From the NCBI RefSeq assembly GCF_963974405.1, contig NZ_CAXBBH010000004.1, positions 17,618 to 81,617 of the forward strand: a stretch of DNA of 64,000 bases, given 5' to 3'. The DNA is from an uncultured Salinibacterium sp. (GTDB taxonomy: Bacteria > Actinomycetota > Actinomycetes > Actinomycetales > Microbacteriaceae). A model generated the notes under the pieces. It searched no databases, had not been told where the DNA came from, and saw nothing but the letters and a program-made list of their open reading frames with translations. Positions 49,436-57,705 of this stretch are shown piece by piece; the first letter of the stretch is position 1; every line of letters begins with the position of its first letter. The translations under genes and the position numbers were made by a program.

Positions 49436-49833
49436 TGGCCGCGGGAACGGTTCGCGTTGACAGCTGGCTGTGGGCGGTTCGCGTCTATAAAACCCGATCC
49501 CAAGCGACTGCAGCGTGCCGTGCCGGTCACGTGAAGATCGGCGGGGCAAGCGTCAAAGCCGCTCAACCTGTTCGCATCGGGGATCAGGTGCGGATTCGCA
49601 TTGCAGGGTTCGACCGCATCCTTGTTGTCAAGCAAACCATTGTGAAACGTGTGTCAGCGGTGACTGCTGCTGAGAGTTATATCGATGAGACTCCCCCGCC
49701 ACCCTCGCGCGAAGAGCGCGCGTTCGCGCCCTTGCGCGACCGCGGCGCTGGACGCCCCACGAAGCGAGAACGACGCGAAATTGACAAACTTCGCGGGCGC
49801 GACGAGCCTCGCGAGTACGACGAGGATTACTAA
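49435..49833 (+). CDS. S4-domain RNA-binding protein (Hsp15-like)
   Basis: 132 aa. VRVDSWLWAVRVYKTRSQATAACRAGHVKIGG is an S4 fold. The ATG overlaps the upstream stop (TAATG). Confidence 0.82.
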   Translation: MAAGTVRVDSWLWAVRVYKTRSQATAACRAGHVKIGGASVKAAQPVRIGDQVRIRIAGFDRILVVKQTIVKRVSAVTAAESYIDETPPPPSREERAFAPLRDRGAGRPTKRERREIDKLRGRDEPREYDEDY

Positions 49834-50120
49834 AGCGGTCGTGTCGCCACGCCGTCCAACCACAGCACAGCCGATTCATCCCGATGAACGCCTGCCGTGC
49901 CGACGTGCTTTGCGTCGATCTCGGCGCCCTTCGTGATCACATGAACCATTGCCATCCCGTGTCCTCGCCCAAGCCCATAGTCGTGCGCAAGCCACTCAAG
50001 AATCTGACCGGCTTTCACTGACTCGTCGGCGAGCCCCTTATCGCGCGCAATTGCAATGAGCTCGCGAGGCGTGAGCCCGGTCTTCTTCTCGACAGTGTCG
50101 AGGTATGCCTGAAACGACAT
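49830..50120 (-). CDS. DUF4287-type small protein
   Basis: 96 aa. N-terminus MSFQAYLDTVEKKTGLTPRELIAIA is as I recall for DUF4287. Confidence 0.7.
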   Translation of the reverse strand: MSFQAYLDTVEKKTGLTPRELIAIARDKGLADESVKAGQILEWLAHDYGLGRGHGMAMVHVITKGAEIDAKHVGTAGVHRDESAVLWLDGVATRPL

Positions 50121-50123
50121 TGC

Positions 50124-50621
50124 TTAGTTCCCCTCCGGTTCATCGCGCAGGATCGATTCAATCTGGCCAACGGCAAGCCGCATTCCCTCTTCCATGCCCA
50201 TCTCCAACATTGCTTCGAGCTGATCAAGGGATTGATATTGCGAAAGGATGGTGAGTCGAGTTCCAGAGTCAGTCGGTTCAAACGTCACTCGCGCTGTCGT
50301 CACACCGAGATCGCCTGAGGGTTCGCCGTTCTCATCGGCAAAGCCGTCTTCGATAAACAGTTCCGTCTGAGCCGCGATCGAGACGAACTTCCACCAGCCG
50401 TGAAGACGTTCACCATCAGGACCCTGCATGTAATAGTGCGCGCGTCCGCCGGGCTCAAAATCAAACCGCACAAAGGTAGCTGGCCACTCGGGCGGTCCCC
50501 ACCATCGCTCTAGCTTCCGGGGGTCGCTCACCAGTTGCCATGCCCGCTCCGCTGAGGCGCTGAGTTCTGCACTCGTCGTCATAGCGAGCGCTTCAGGGTC
50601 GGTGTGAGTCGTTACCTTCAT
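50124..50621 (-). CDS. SRPBCC/AHSA1-like domain protein
   Basis: The start is set at the ATG at 50621 (MKVTTHTD...) after GGGAGAA. AERAWQLVSDPRKLERWWGPP is typical of Aha1/START-like SRPBCC proteins that pair with ArsR regulators. Confidence 0.75.
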   Translation of the reverse strand: MKVTTHTDPEALAMTTSAELSASAERAWQLVSDPRKLERWWGPPEWPATFVRFDFEPGGRAHYYMQGPDGERLHGWWKFVSIAAQTELFIEDGFADENGEPSGDLGVTTARVTFEPTDSGTRLTILSQYQSLDQLEAMLEMGMEEGMRLAVGQIESILRDEPEGN

Positions 50622-50652
50622 TGGATTCTCCCATCGTGATAGTTCCACGCGG

Positions 50653-50985
50653 CTACTCCGCGTTGAGCACAGCTTCCATGCGCAGCACACGCTGCGTCCA
50701 CACATCCTCCAGGCGAGCAAGTAGCTCTTGCGCGCGCTGAATGGTTCGCACGTCGCCGCGAACAATCTGTTCCCGGCCCTGTCGTTGTTTCGTTACCAAG
50801 CCCGCTGTGTGCAGAATGGCGACGTGCTTTTGAACCGCCGCAAAACTCATCTCGTACTTGAGCGCGAGCTGCGAGACAGAAACACCCTCGCTGAATACGC
50901 GAGTGACGATGTCGCGTCGCGTGGCATCCGCAAGCGCCCGAAACATCGCATCGACTTGAGCATCCGAAAGTTCATCTACAACCAT
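50653..50985 (-). CDS. ArsR/SmtB-family transcriptional regulator
   Basis: 110 aa. MFRALADATRRDIVTRV...VSQLALKYEMSFAAVQKHVAILHTAGLV is a winged HTH. The true start may be the internal ATG at 50946. Confidence 0.85.
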   Translation of the reverse strand: MVVDELSDAQVDAMFRALADATRRDIVTRVFSEGVSVSQLALKYEMSFAAVQKHVAILHTAGLVTKQRQGREQIVRGDVRTIQRAQELLARLEDVWTQRVLRMEAVLNAE

Positions 50986-50997
50986 TTGGTTGTAGAT
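50974..50997. promoter_or_regulatory. 24-bp perfect palindrome at the 5' end of the ArsR gene (candidate ArsR operator)
   Basis: ATCTACAACC-ATTT-GGTTGTAGAT has 10-bp arms with no mismatch. It is centred on the annotated ATG (50985..50983) and lies 28-51 nt upstream of the alternative ATG at 50946. Confidence 0.6.
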
Positions 50998-51050
50998 TAC
51001 TGGTCGCGCTGAACACGCGCAACAACCTATTTCGTCGAGTGATCCGACGC

Positions 51051-51836
51051 CTAAAGCCTGCGCAGGGTGAGAATCTGTTCGGCGCGTCCGAATGGCCCCT
51101 CGCCGTCATGCAGCACCGTCGAGGTGAGACCGACCCCGTCGCTGCCGAAGCTCACCGAGTTCTCGAGGCCTAACCACTCACCGACCGGCAGTCGATACAG
51201 GTGGATCTGAAGGTCGACGTTGGGAAAGGCATAGCCGCCATCTCCCGGCTTCACGCGCGTAGCAATGCCGTTGCTAGCGTCAACGAGCCCCATGAGCCGC
51301 GCGAAGTCAGAGATTGGCTCAGCCGAGAGCAGCGGCAGTGGAGTGCGCAACCACACGCGGCCCCGTCCCGCTGCGTGATGCGGAAGCGCACGGGCCTCAA
51401 TCGAGCGGATGTAACCGCCTGGCCACTCCACGAGATCGACGGGGTCGCCGGCCTGATCGGGGCCGGGCATCCGCCGGTCTTCAACGCCCGCAACCGCACC
51501 GGTATCGGAGGTGTGCAACCGCCACGCAGTTGCCCGCACGGCCACCCGCCCGCCCGCACTCAGCTCCGCCTGAATGAGCTCAATGGTGCGCCCCGGTCGC
51601 AGCATCGACACCTCGATGTCGAACTCTCCATCGGGAATGAGCCCCAAGATCTCGTAACTAATGCGAGCGATTCGTAAATCAGGGCGGGCCTCGAACGCCT
51701 CAAGCGCATGGGCCATGATCCCTGCAACAGGAGCCATGTGTTGCTCGCGTGGATTCCACGCACCCTGTGCGTGGATCGTCGACTCGAAACGACAATCACT
51801 ATGGCGGAGATAATACGACGGCGCAGTTGACATCAC
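51051..51836 (-). CDS. thioesterase-family (TesB-like double hot-dog) protein
   Basis: 261 aa. The general pattern matches actinobacterial acyl-CoA thioesterase-like proteins, but I can point to no sharp motif. Confidence 0.55.
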   Translation of the reverse strand: MMSTAPSYYLRHSDCRFESTIHAQGAWNPREQHMAPVAGIMAHALEAFEARPDLRIARISYEILGLIPDGEFDIEVSMLRPGRTIELIQAELSAGGRVAVRATAWRLHTSDTGAVAGVEDRRMPGPDQAGDPVDLVEWPGGYIRSIEARALPHHAAGRGRVWLRTPLPLLSAEPISDFARLMGLVDASNGIATRVKPGDGGYAFPNVDLQIHLYRLPVGEWLGLENSVSFGSDGVGLTSTVLHDGEGPFGRAEQILTLRRL

Positions 51837-51876
51837 TGCACCAGCCTAATCAGCATCGCTCTCAAGCTCAGCGGAA

Positions 51877-52143
51877 TTAGTGGGAACGCAGTTTTTCAAT
51901 CAGCTCGCTCTTCTTCAATGAAGAGTATCCGTGCAAGTCGAGTTCTCGAGCCCGCTCCTTGAGATCCTTGACAGTCCACTCTTCGTAAGAAGCAGACTCT
52001 CCACCCCGTCGTCCGATCTCAGAACGCCCCGTGTGTGCGGCGGCATTAGAAATGCGGGCAGCCTTCTCCTTCGACGCGCCACTACTGCGAAGCTCTTCAT
52101 AGAGCTCCGGATCTTTGAGTCGTGAATTGTTAGTTGATGGCAT
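51877..52143 (-). CDS. small protein with a C-terminal Rho_N/SAP-like helix-extended-helix domain
   Basis: 88 aa. WTVKDLKERARELDLHGYSSLKKSELIEKL matches the Rho N-terminal-like motif. GAGGAG lies 8 nt upstream, and a TTGACA-16 nt-TATAGC promoter-like pair sits at 52200..52173. Confidence 0.7.
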   Translation of the reverse strand: MPSTNNSRLKDPELYEELRSSGASKEKAARISNAAAHTGRSEIGRRGGESASYEEWTVKDLKERARELDLHGYSSLKKSELIEKLRSH

Positions 52144-52284
52144 CAGCGATTCTCCTCACTTCAGGCTTCGCGGCTATATCGAGCGCCGCACCTCTGTCAA
52201 GCCTAAATAGCGAGACACAGGCGAGCCGAAACTGTACGGAACCCCGAAGCTAACAGTGAGGAACCGCCCAGACGCCGAGCGAAG

Positions 52285-52348
52285 CAGAAGCGGATCGACA
52301 CAGAAGCGGATCGACACAGAGGCGGCTCGACACAGAGGCGGCTCAAAA
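52285..52348. repeat. tandem 16-nt repeat x4
   Basis: CAGAAGCGGATCGACA x2 (52285..52316), then CAGAGGCGGCTCGACA (52317..52332) and CAGAGGCGGCTCAAAA (52333..52348). The last unit overlaps the radical SAM stop codon. Confidence 0.9.
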
Positions 52349-53452
52349 CAGCATCGGCTGGGGCATTGCGCGGGCGGCTAGCTCTGGCGGCATCTCTTCT
52401 GCAATCAGCGAATGACCGAGCTGCGCCGGGTTGCCCCTCAACCCAGAATGCACGCGTGGCTGCGCGCGAGAACCAACAATGCCCGTGGCCGGGTCAAGCT
52501 TGGTGCGCTGCAAACCGTGGCGACGGATGATCGGCTGCAGTTTGGCCGCTAACCATTTTCTATACTCCTTCGGAGCGTAGTTTCCTCGGGAATACAGTGA
52601 GCGGTATTGTGCGAGCAATTCAGGGTGCGCACCTTCCAGCCACGTGAAATACCATTCCTTTGTTCCGGGCTTGAGATGCAGTGCAGAGTAGACAATGGAC
52701 GTGCCGCCCGCTTCTTTGACCTGCGCAACAGCGCGCTCAAGATGATCCTGCGTGTCAGTCAAGAACGGAAGAATCGGCATCAAGAAGACGGCGCAATCCA
52801 GACCAGCATTTCGCACCGCGGTGACCGTAGCCAATCTCGCTTTCGCCGTAGGCGTTCCAGGTTCTACGGACTGCTGCAGCTCGTCGTCGTAAATGGCAAT
52901 CGACATCCCGACATCAACAGGAACGTGCGAGCTCGCCTCAGCCAATAGATCGAGATCTCGCCGCAGCAGCGTGCCCTTGGTGAGAATGGACAACGGGGTG
53001 CCTGAGCCAGCCAGAGCAGCAATGATGCCCGGCATGAGTCGATAGCGACCCTCGGCCCGCTGATATGGGTCAGTGTTAGTGCCCAGCGCTACCGGGTGTC
53101 TCCCCCAGCGTGGTTTGCTGAGCTCGCGAGCGAGCACTTCGGCCACATTGACTTTCACGATAATTTGCGTGTCGAAGTCTTTGCCCGCATCGAGATCGAG
53201 AAATTCATGCGTCGGTCGGGCAAAGCAATAGGTGCACTGGTGCAGGCAACCGCGCATCGGATTAATTGTCCAACCGAATGGCATATCGCTCGCTGTCGGC
53301 ACCTTATTGAGAGCACTCTTGGCGAGCACCTCATAGAAAGTCACTCCGTCAAACTCTGGCGTGCGAACGGTGCGCACCAGATTGTTGAGCTTGGCAAGCC
53401 CCGGCAACGCATCGGGCGCTTCGCTGCTGACTTGTTGGCCACTCCATCGCAT
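52343..53452 (-). CDS. Rv2578c-family radical SAM protein (COG1533, SplB-like 'DNA repair photolyase')
   Basis: 369 aa from the ATG at 53452 (MRWSGQQ...). Radical SAM cluster motif CLHQCTYC (CxxxCxxC). The track ORF extends 75 codons further upstream through the SOS box. Confidence 0.85.
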   Translation of the reverse strand: MRWSGQQVSSEAPDALPGLAKLNNLVRTVRTPEFDGVTFYEVLAKSALNKVPTASDMPFGWTINPMRGCLHQCTYCFARPTHEFLDLDAGKDFDTQIIVKVNVAEVLARELSKPRWGRHPVALGTNTDPYQRAEGRYRLMPGIIAALAGSGTPLSILTKGTLLRRDLDLLAEASSHVPVDVGMSIAIYDDELQQSVEPGTPTAKARLATVTAVRNAGLDCAVFLMPILPFLTDTQDHLERAVAQVKEAGGTSIVYSALHLKPGTKEWYFTWLEGAHPELLAQYRSLYSRGNYAPKEYRKWLAAKLQPIIRRHGLQRTKLDPATGIVGSRAQPRVHSGLRGNPAQLGHSLIAEEMPPELAARAMPQPMLF

Positions 53453-53462
53453 GATGATTATT

Positions 53463-53476
53463 CGAACATATGTTCT
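53463..53476. promoter_or_regulatory. LexA SOS (Cheo) box
   Basis: CGAACATATGTTCT, whose core GAACATATGTTC is a perfect 12-bp palindrome. It matches the Gram-positive/actinobacterial consensus (T)CGAAC-N4-GTTCG(A). Lies 11-24 nt upstream of the radical SAM ATG. Confidence 0.7.
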
Positions 53477-53629
53477 AATAAGTAGCAAGGCCAGGTTGAC
53501 CCGACAACACCGGCGACCTTTGCACGACTCCGCGTTGCCGAGCTTCGCAACAACGCGAGCGCTGCTAACGTCATAGGAGTGTTCTCTAAAGTGACAGTTC
53601 CTACGACCCTGCAGACTCGCGAAGGCGAA

Positions 53630-54094
53630 ATGACTCTTCGCTACTCCGAACTCGGAGACATCGACACGATCCTGCAATTGCTTGCTGATGACCCCGTCAG
53701 CGCCTTACGCGGAGATACCGCGCGCCCTGAAGACCGTCCCGCCTACGAAAAAGCCTTCCACGCCATCGCCACGACTCCCGCGAATGCGCTTCTCGTGGTT
53801 GTCGCAGCATCCGGCGAGGTCGTTGCAACTATGCAACTCACGGCAATCCCCGGAATGGCCCGGCGAGGATCTCACCGACTGCAAGTGGAAGCGGTGCGAG
53901 TTGCCGCAAGCAAACGCTCAAGTGGCATTGGCGGCGCGATGATGCGCTGGGTAATCGACACTGCAGCACCCACGCTTGGTGCGTCCCTCATCCAGCTCAC
54001 GTCTGATGAGGCACGAACGGATGCCCACCGTTTCTACACCAAGCTTGGATTCGAAGCCTCCCACATCGGCTTCAAGTACTCCGTCGAACTCTAA
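53630..54094 (+). CDS. GNAT-family N-acetyltransferase
   Basis: The acetyl-CoA binding block RRGSHRLQVEAVRVAASKRSSGIGGAMMRW fits the (Q/R)xxGxG/A pattern. The start is set at the ATG at 53630 (MTLRYSEL...) after GAAGG. The GTG at 53579 is an alternative. Confidence 0.82.
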   Translation: MTLRYSELGDIDTILQLLADDPVSALRGDTARPEDRPAYEKAFHAIATTPANALLVVVAASGEVVATMQLTAIPGMARRGSHRLQVEAVRVAASKRSSGIGGAMMRWVIDTAAPTLGASLIQLTSDEARTDAHRFYTKLGFEASHIGFKYSVEL

Positions 54095-54131
54095 GCGCCC
54101 GCTTTCAACCGCCGCCGCAGCGCCTACTAAA

Positions 54132-55496
54132 TTAGCGGCGGTAACTCGCGCCAGCGTGCTCGGCGGGCAAGCGATCACCTCGACCGTGCAACTTCTGCCG
54201 CAGGGTTCCCTTCACATATTCTTCGGGATATGACCCGCGTGCCCGCAGCACCGGGATCACGTGCTCGACGACGTCCTCGAAGGTTCCCGGCGTAATCGCG
54301 TAGGCCAGATTGAAGCCGTCAACATCAGTCTCCGCCACCCACGACTCCAACTCATCCGCAATCTCTTCACCGGAGCCCACGATGAAGGGACCGAGGCCAC
54401 CGATCGCGCCGAGCCGAGCAATGTCTCTCACTTTCCACTCACTGCCGTCGCTATTGGCCTGTTGAAAGTTGGCGACGGTTGACTGAATAGCGTTGCTCTT
54501 GACGTTACCGATCGGTTCATCAAGGTCATATTGCGCGAGATCGATGCCCATCCAGCCCGACATGAAGACGAGCGCCCCCTCTTCGCTCGCGTAGCTCAGG
54601 TAGTCGGCGTACTTGGCGTGAGCTTTTTCTGTGGTCTCGTCGGTGATGATGGTGAGAAGCGTATAGATACGGGCGGAGTATCGATCACGCCCGGCAGCCT
54701 CCAGAGCATCACGGATGCGGCTCACCGTTGCTTTGAGCCCCGCTTTCGTCGAAGCAGCAACAAAGATTGCTTCGGCGTTGCCCGCGGCGAACTGGATACC
54801 TCTCGGTGATGCTCCAGCCTGATAGATCACTGGCGTTCGCTGCACCGACGGTTCTGACAAGTGGATGCCAGGGACCGAAAAATGCTTGCCGCTGTGCTCG
54901 ATGTTGTGCACTTTCTTCGGATCGGTGAACACGCCAGACTTGCGGTCACGGATCACCGCGTCGTCTTCCCACGACCCCTCCCACAGCTTGTAGAGCACCT
55001 CAAGGCACTCGTCAGCGTGGTCATAGCGATCGTCGTGCTCAAGCTGATCGTCATTACCCATATTCCGCGCCGCCGAGGGCAAGTACCCGGTCACGACGTT
55101 CCAGCCGATACGGCCCTTCGTGAGGTGATCGAGCGTCGACATACGCCGCGCGAAGGGATACGGATGCTCATAGGCCGTGCCGGCCGTGATGCCGAAACCG
55201 AGATGTTCCGTGACATGCGCCATGGCAGAAACGAGCAACAAAGGATCGTTGACTGGCACTTGAGCTCCATGGCGGATCGCGGCTTCATTCGACCCCGCGT
55301 ACACGTCGTAGGTGCCGAGGACATCCGCAATGAAAATGCCGTCAAAGGTTCCTTTTTCGAGCAATTGGGCAAGCTCAGTCCAGTAATCGAGATCCTTGTA
55401 TCGCCAGGACTGGTCATCAGGATGACGCCACATTCCCGACGATTGGTGGGCGACGCAGTTCATGTCAAAGGCGTTGAAACGGATTTGTCTAGGCAT
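54132..55496 (-). CDS. NtaA/SnaA/DszA-family FMN-dependent (LLM class) monooxygenase
   Basis: 454 aa. N-terminus MPRQIRFNAFDMNCVAHQSSGMWRHPDDQS is characteristic of this family. Confidence 0.88.
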   Translation of the reverse strand: MPRQIRFNAFDMNCVAHQSSGMWRHPDDQSWRYKDLDYWTELAQLLEKGTFDGIFIADVLGTYDVYAGSNEAAIRHGAQVPVNDPLLLVSAMAHVTEHLGFGITAGTAYEHPYPFARRMSTLDHLTKGRIGWNVVTGYLPSAARNMGNDDQLEHDDRYDHADECLEVLYKLWEGSWEDDAVIRDRKSGVFTDPKKVHNIEHSGKHFSVPGIHLSEPSVQRTPVIYQAGASPRGIQFAAGNAEAIFVAASTKAGLKATVSRIRDALEAAGRDRYSARIYTLLTIITDETTEKAHAKYADYLSYASEEGALVFMSGWMGIDLAQYDLDEPIGNVKSNAIQSTVANFQQANSDGSEWKVRDIARLGAIGGLGPFIVGSGEEIADELESWVAETDVDGFNLAYAITPGTFEDVVEHVIPVLRARGSYPEEYVKGTLRQKLHGRGDRLPAEHAGASYRR

Positions 55497-55639
55497 GACC
55501 CCATCGTGCGCCGATAACCGCTAACCCGCATCTGCGAGTGAAACAAAGGCGCAACACTAGGTCATATATCGACATATGCTCGCTTCGAATCGAGAGTGTG
55601 TGCACGCTAGTCCACATCCCCGAGTCATTGGATGGACGA

Positions 55640-56215
55640 ATGCAGATAACAGCCACCACCACGAGAACAAGCGATTCTCCCGCACCTAATGCAGAGGGCG
55701 CCGACATCGCGCTGAGCGCAGCGGAGTTTGCGGCCGCCTTCCGCCAGCACCCGGGCGGAGTCGCCATCGTTACCGCTGACTCTGCGCTGGGACCAATCGC
55801 GCTAACCGTGACATCGATAGTGTCCGTGAGCGCAGATCCGCCGCTATTTGCATTCTCGATCGGCCACAAGGCATCGACTGCCGCGGGTATTCGCCATGCG
55901 AGCTCGTACGTCGTGCACTTTCTCGGGAGCGAACAACTTCACCTCGCGAAACTATGCGCAACCAGCGGGGTCGATCGCTTTGCAGATCTCACACAGTGGT
56001 CACGACTTCCCACCGGTGAACCTTACTTTCCCGCAGCGCCCGTAAAGATTCGAGGTCAGCGGATCAACCAACTCGATACAGGCTCAGCATCGCTCATTGT
56101 GGTGCTAGCCCAGGAAGCCCAGATTCAGGATGAGTATAAGAGCGCTCCTCCGCTGGTTTACCACGACAGGGAATGGCACGCGCTGACTGAGCACTCCCAA
56201 CTCGTGCAGACCTGA
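55640..56215 (+). CDS. flavin reductase (probable partner of the divergent monooxygenase)
   Basis: FAAAFRQHPGGVAIVTA...PIALTVTSIVSVSADPPLFAFSI is a flavin reductase-like fold. The start is set at the ATG at 55640. The track ORF starts at 55538. Confidence 0.8.
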   Translation: MQITATTTRTSDSPAPNAEGADIALSAAEFAAAFRQHPGGVAIVTADSALGPIALTVTSIVSVSADPPLFAFSIGHKASTAAGIRHASSYVVHFLGSEQLHLAKLCATSGVDRFADLTQWSRLPTGEPYFPAAPVKIRGQRINQLDTGSASLIVVLAQEAQIQDEYKSAPPLVYHDREWHALTEHSQLVQT

Positions 56216-56746
56216 CTACAGTCTCGACGTCGCTGTGACAACTGACGACTCATCGTCGCCCCAACTCTCGACGAGCGTTATGCGCCCGCGAGACTCCTTG
56301 ATTGCGAGCACAAGAGCGATAATCGCGGTCGATATCCCCACGACGCCCAAAGGGTTCGCGATACCGATGGCAATCCCGAGTGCAGGTTCGTTCGGACCGC
56401 TCACGATAGTTTGTAGGCCAGCCGCAGTGGTATCGGGGATCGTCAGCCCTAAAAGAAACGCGCAGACTCCCGACGACACCACCATCGCGTGCGTGACCGG
56501 TCGCGTTGAAAAGCCTCGGCGCCCGGTTCGACGAATCGCGGCACCAACAAGAGTAAGAAGAACGGCAAATACAACACCCAACGTCGTCGCGTAGACAATC
56601 GTGAGATCGCCACCGATGCCAAAGAGATGCCTGCCGAAAGCCACCCACGCCGCTACGGCAAGGCCCGCGACCATCACCGAGGATCCGACATGGCCGGAGC
56701 GTGGCTGACCGGGCGTCTCTCGAACACGAATAGCGCTATACGTCAC
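56216..56746 (-). CDS. hypothetical membrane protein (about 4 TM helices)
   Basis: 176 aa hydrophobic ORF with no recognisable motif. Its stop codon directly abuts the stop of the convergent reductase gene. Confidence 0.5.
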   Translation of the reverse strand: MTYSAIRVRETPGQPRSGHVGSSVMVAGLAVAAWVAFGRHLFGIGGDLTIVYATTLGVVFAVLLTLVGAAIRRTGRRGFSTRPVTHAMVVSSGVCAFLLGLTIPDTTAAGLQTIVSGPNEPALGIAIGIANPLGVVGISTAIIALVLAIKESRGRITLVESWGDDESSVVTATSRL

Positions 56747-56794
56747 CAGAATCCCCCACTCGCACTACTTTGAGAATCCATCGTACCGATGCGA

Positions 56795-56839
56795 GCGCTG
56801 TGGGCCTGCCTGTCCGGCTGACAAACACACCCACAGCGC
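56795..56839 (-). terminator. hairpin downstream of the FAH gene (end of the ABC/aminoacylase operon)
   Basis: 10-bp arms GCGCTGTGGG (56795..56804) / CCCACAGCGC (56830..56839), with an inner TGTC/GACA stem. It starts 7 nt after the stop at 56846. There is no T tract. Confidence 0.45.
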
Positions 56840-56845
56840 GCGGGG

Positions 56846-57703
56846 CTAGGACGCGTCTCGGTGAGCGACGCATTCTTGAGACATCGTGCCCAGCCCGCTG
56901 ATTGTGCTTCGCACAACTTCACCCGCTCGCAAGTAACGGGGTGGCTGCTGGCCGAAGCCCACCCCGGGAGGAGTACCGGTGAAAATGAGATCACCGGGCA
57001 GCAAGTCGACAATGGACGACAATTCACTCACGAGTCTGGGCACCGAGAACACCATGTCTTTCATCGATGCGCTCTGCACAATCGCGTCATCAATCCAACA
57101 GTCCAGAGTGACATCAGACTGCTGCAAGAAAGTCGCGGTGTCCACGAAGACAGGCCCGAGCGGGGCGAACCCCGCGAAGGATTTTCCGAGCGAGAACTGC
57201 GGCGGTACGCCGCGCATTTGAACGTCGCGCGCCGAGTAGTCCTGGCCAATACAGAAGCCTGCAATCGCGCCGAGTCCGTCAGTTTCAGCGATGTTCCGTC
57301 CACCATGCCCGACAACTGCGACGAGCTCGACTTCCCAATCGACGTTGTCGCTCGGCAGCTTAAGCGGTTCAAAGGGGCCAGCGATCGACGACGCGAACTT
57401 TGTAAAGACCATCGGATGTTCCGGAACTGTAAAGCCAGACTCTGCAGCATGGTCTACGTAGTTAAGCCCTACCGCAAAAATCTGCCGTGGGGCCCGCGCA
57501 AGCGCACCCCACTGGGCAGAGCGCAGTTCGGACTCCAGACGGTCCCCCGCGGCAACATCCGTGCTCCACTGCATAAAACTCGACCAGTCACGGTAGAGCT
57601 CGTCGACAACGGTCGAGAATCGGCCAACGCTAGCTCTCTCAACATCGACAATCGTGCCGTCGATAAGTAGCGATGCGCGTCCCTCAATAACTGCGAGACG
57701 CAT
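56846..57703 (-). CDS. fumarylacetoacetate hydrolase (FAH) family protein
   Basis: 285 aa. FAVGLNYVDHAAE, the WEVELVAVVG block and GDLIFTGTPPGVG are typical of the FAH fold. Confidence 0.88.
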   Translation of the reverse strand: MRLAVIEGRASLLIDGTIVDVERASVGRFSTVVDELYRDWSSFMQWSTDVAAGDRLESELRSAQWGALARAPRQIFAVGLNYVDHAAESGFTVPEHPMVFTKFASSIAGPFEPLKLPSDNVDWEVELVAVVGHGGRNIAETDGLGAIAGFCIGQDYSARDVQMRGVPPQFSLGKSFAGFAPLGPVFVDTATFLQQSDVTLDCWIDDAIVQSASMKDMVFSVPRLVSELSSIVDLLPGDLIFTGTPPGVGFGQQPPRYLRAGEVVRSTISGLGTMSQECVAHRDAS

Positions 57704-57705
57704 TG

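Noticed and set aside
52285-52348. The tandem 16-mers as a CRISPR array or an origin iteron.
   Set aside because: The units are contiguous with no spacers, there are only four of them, there are no cas or rep genes nearby, and the unit is too short for a CRISPR repeat.
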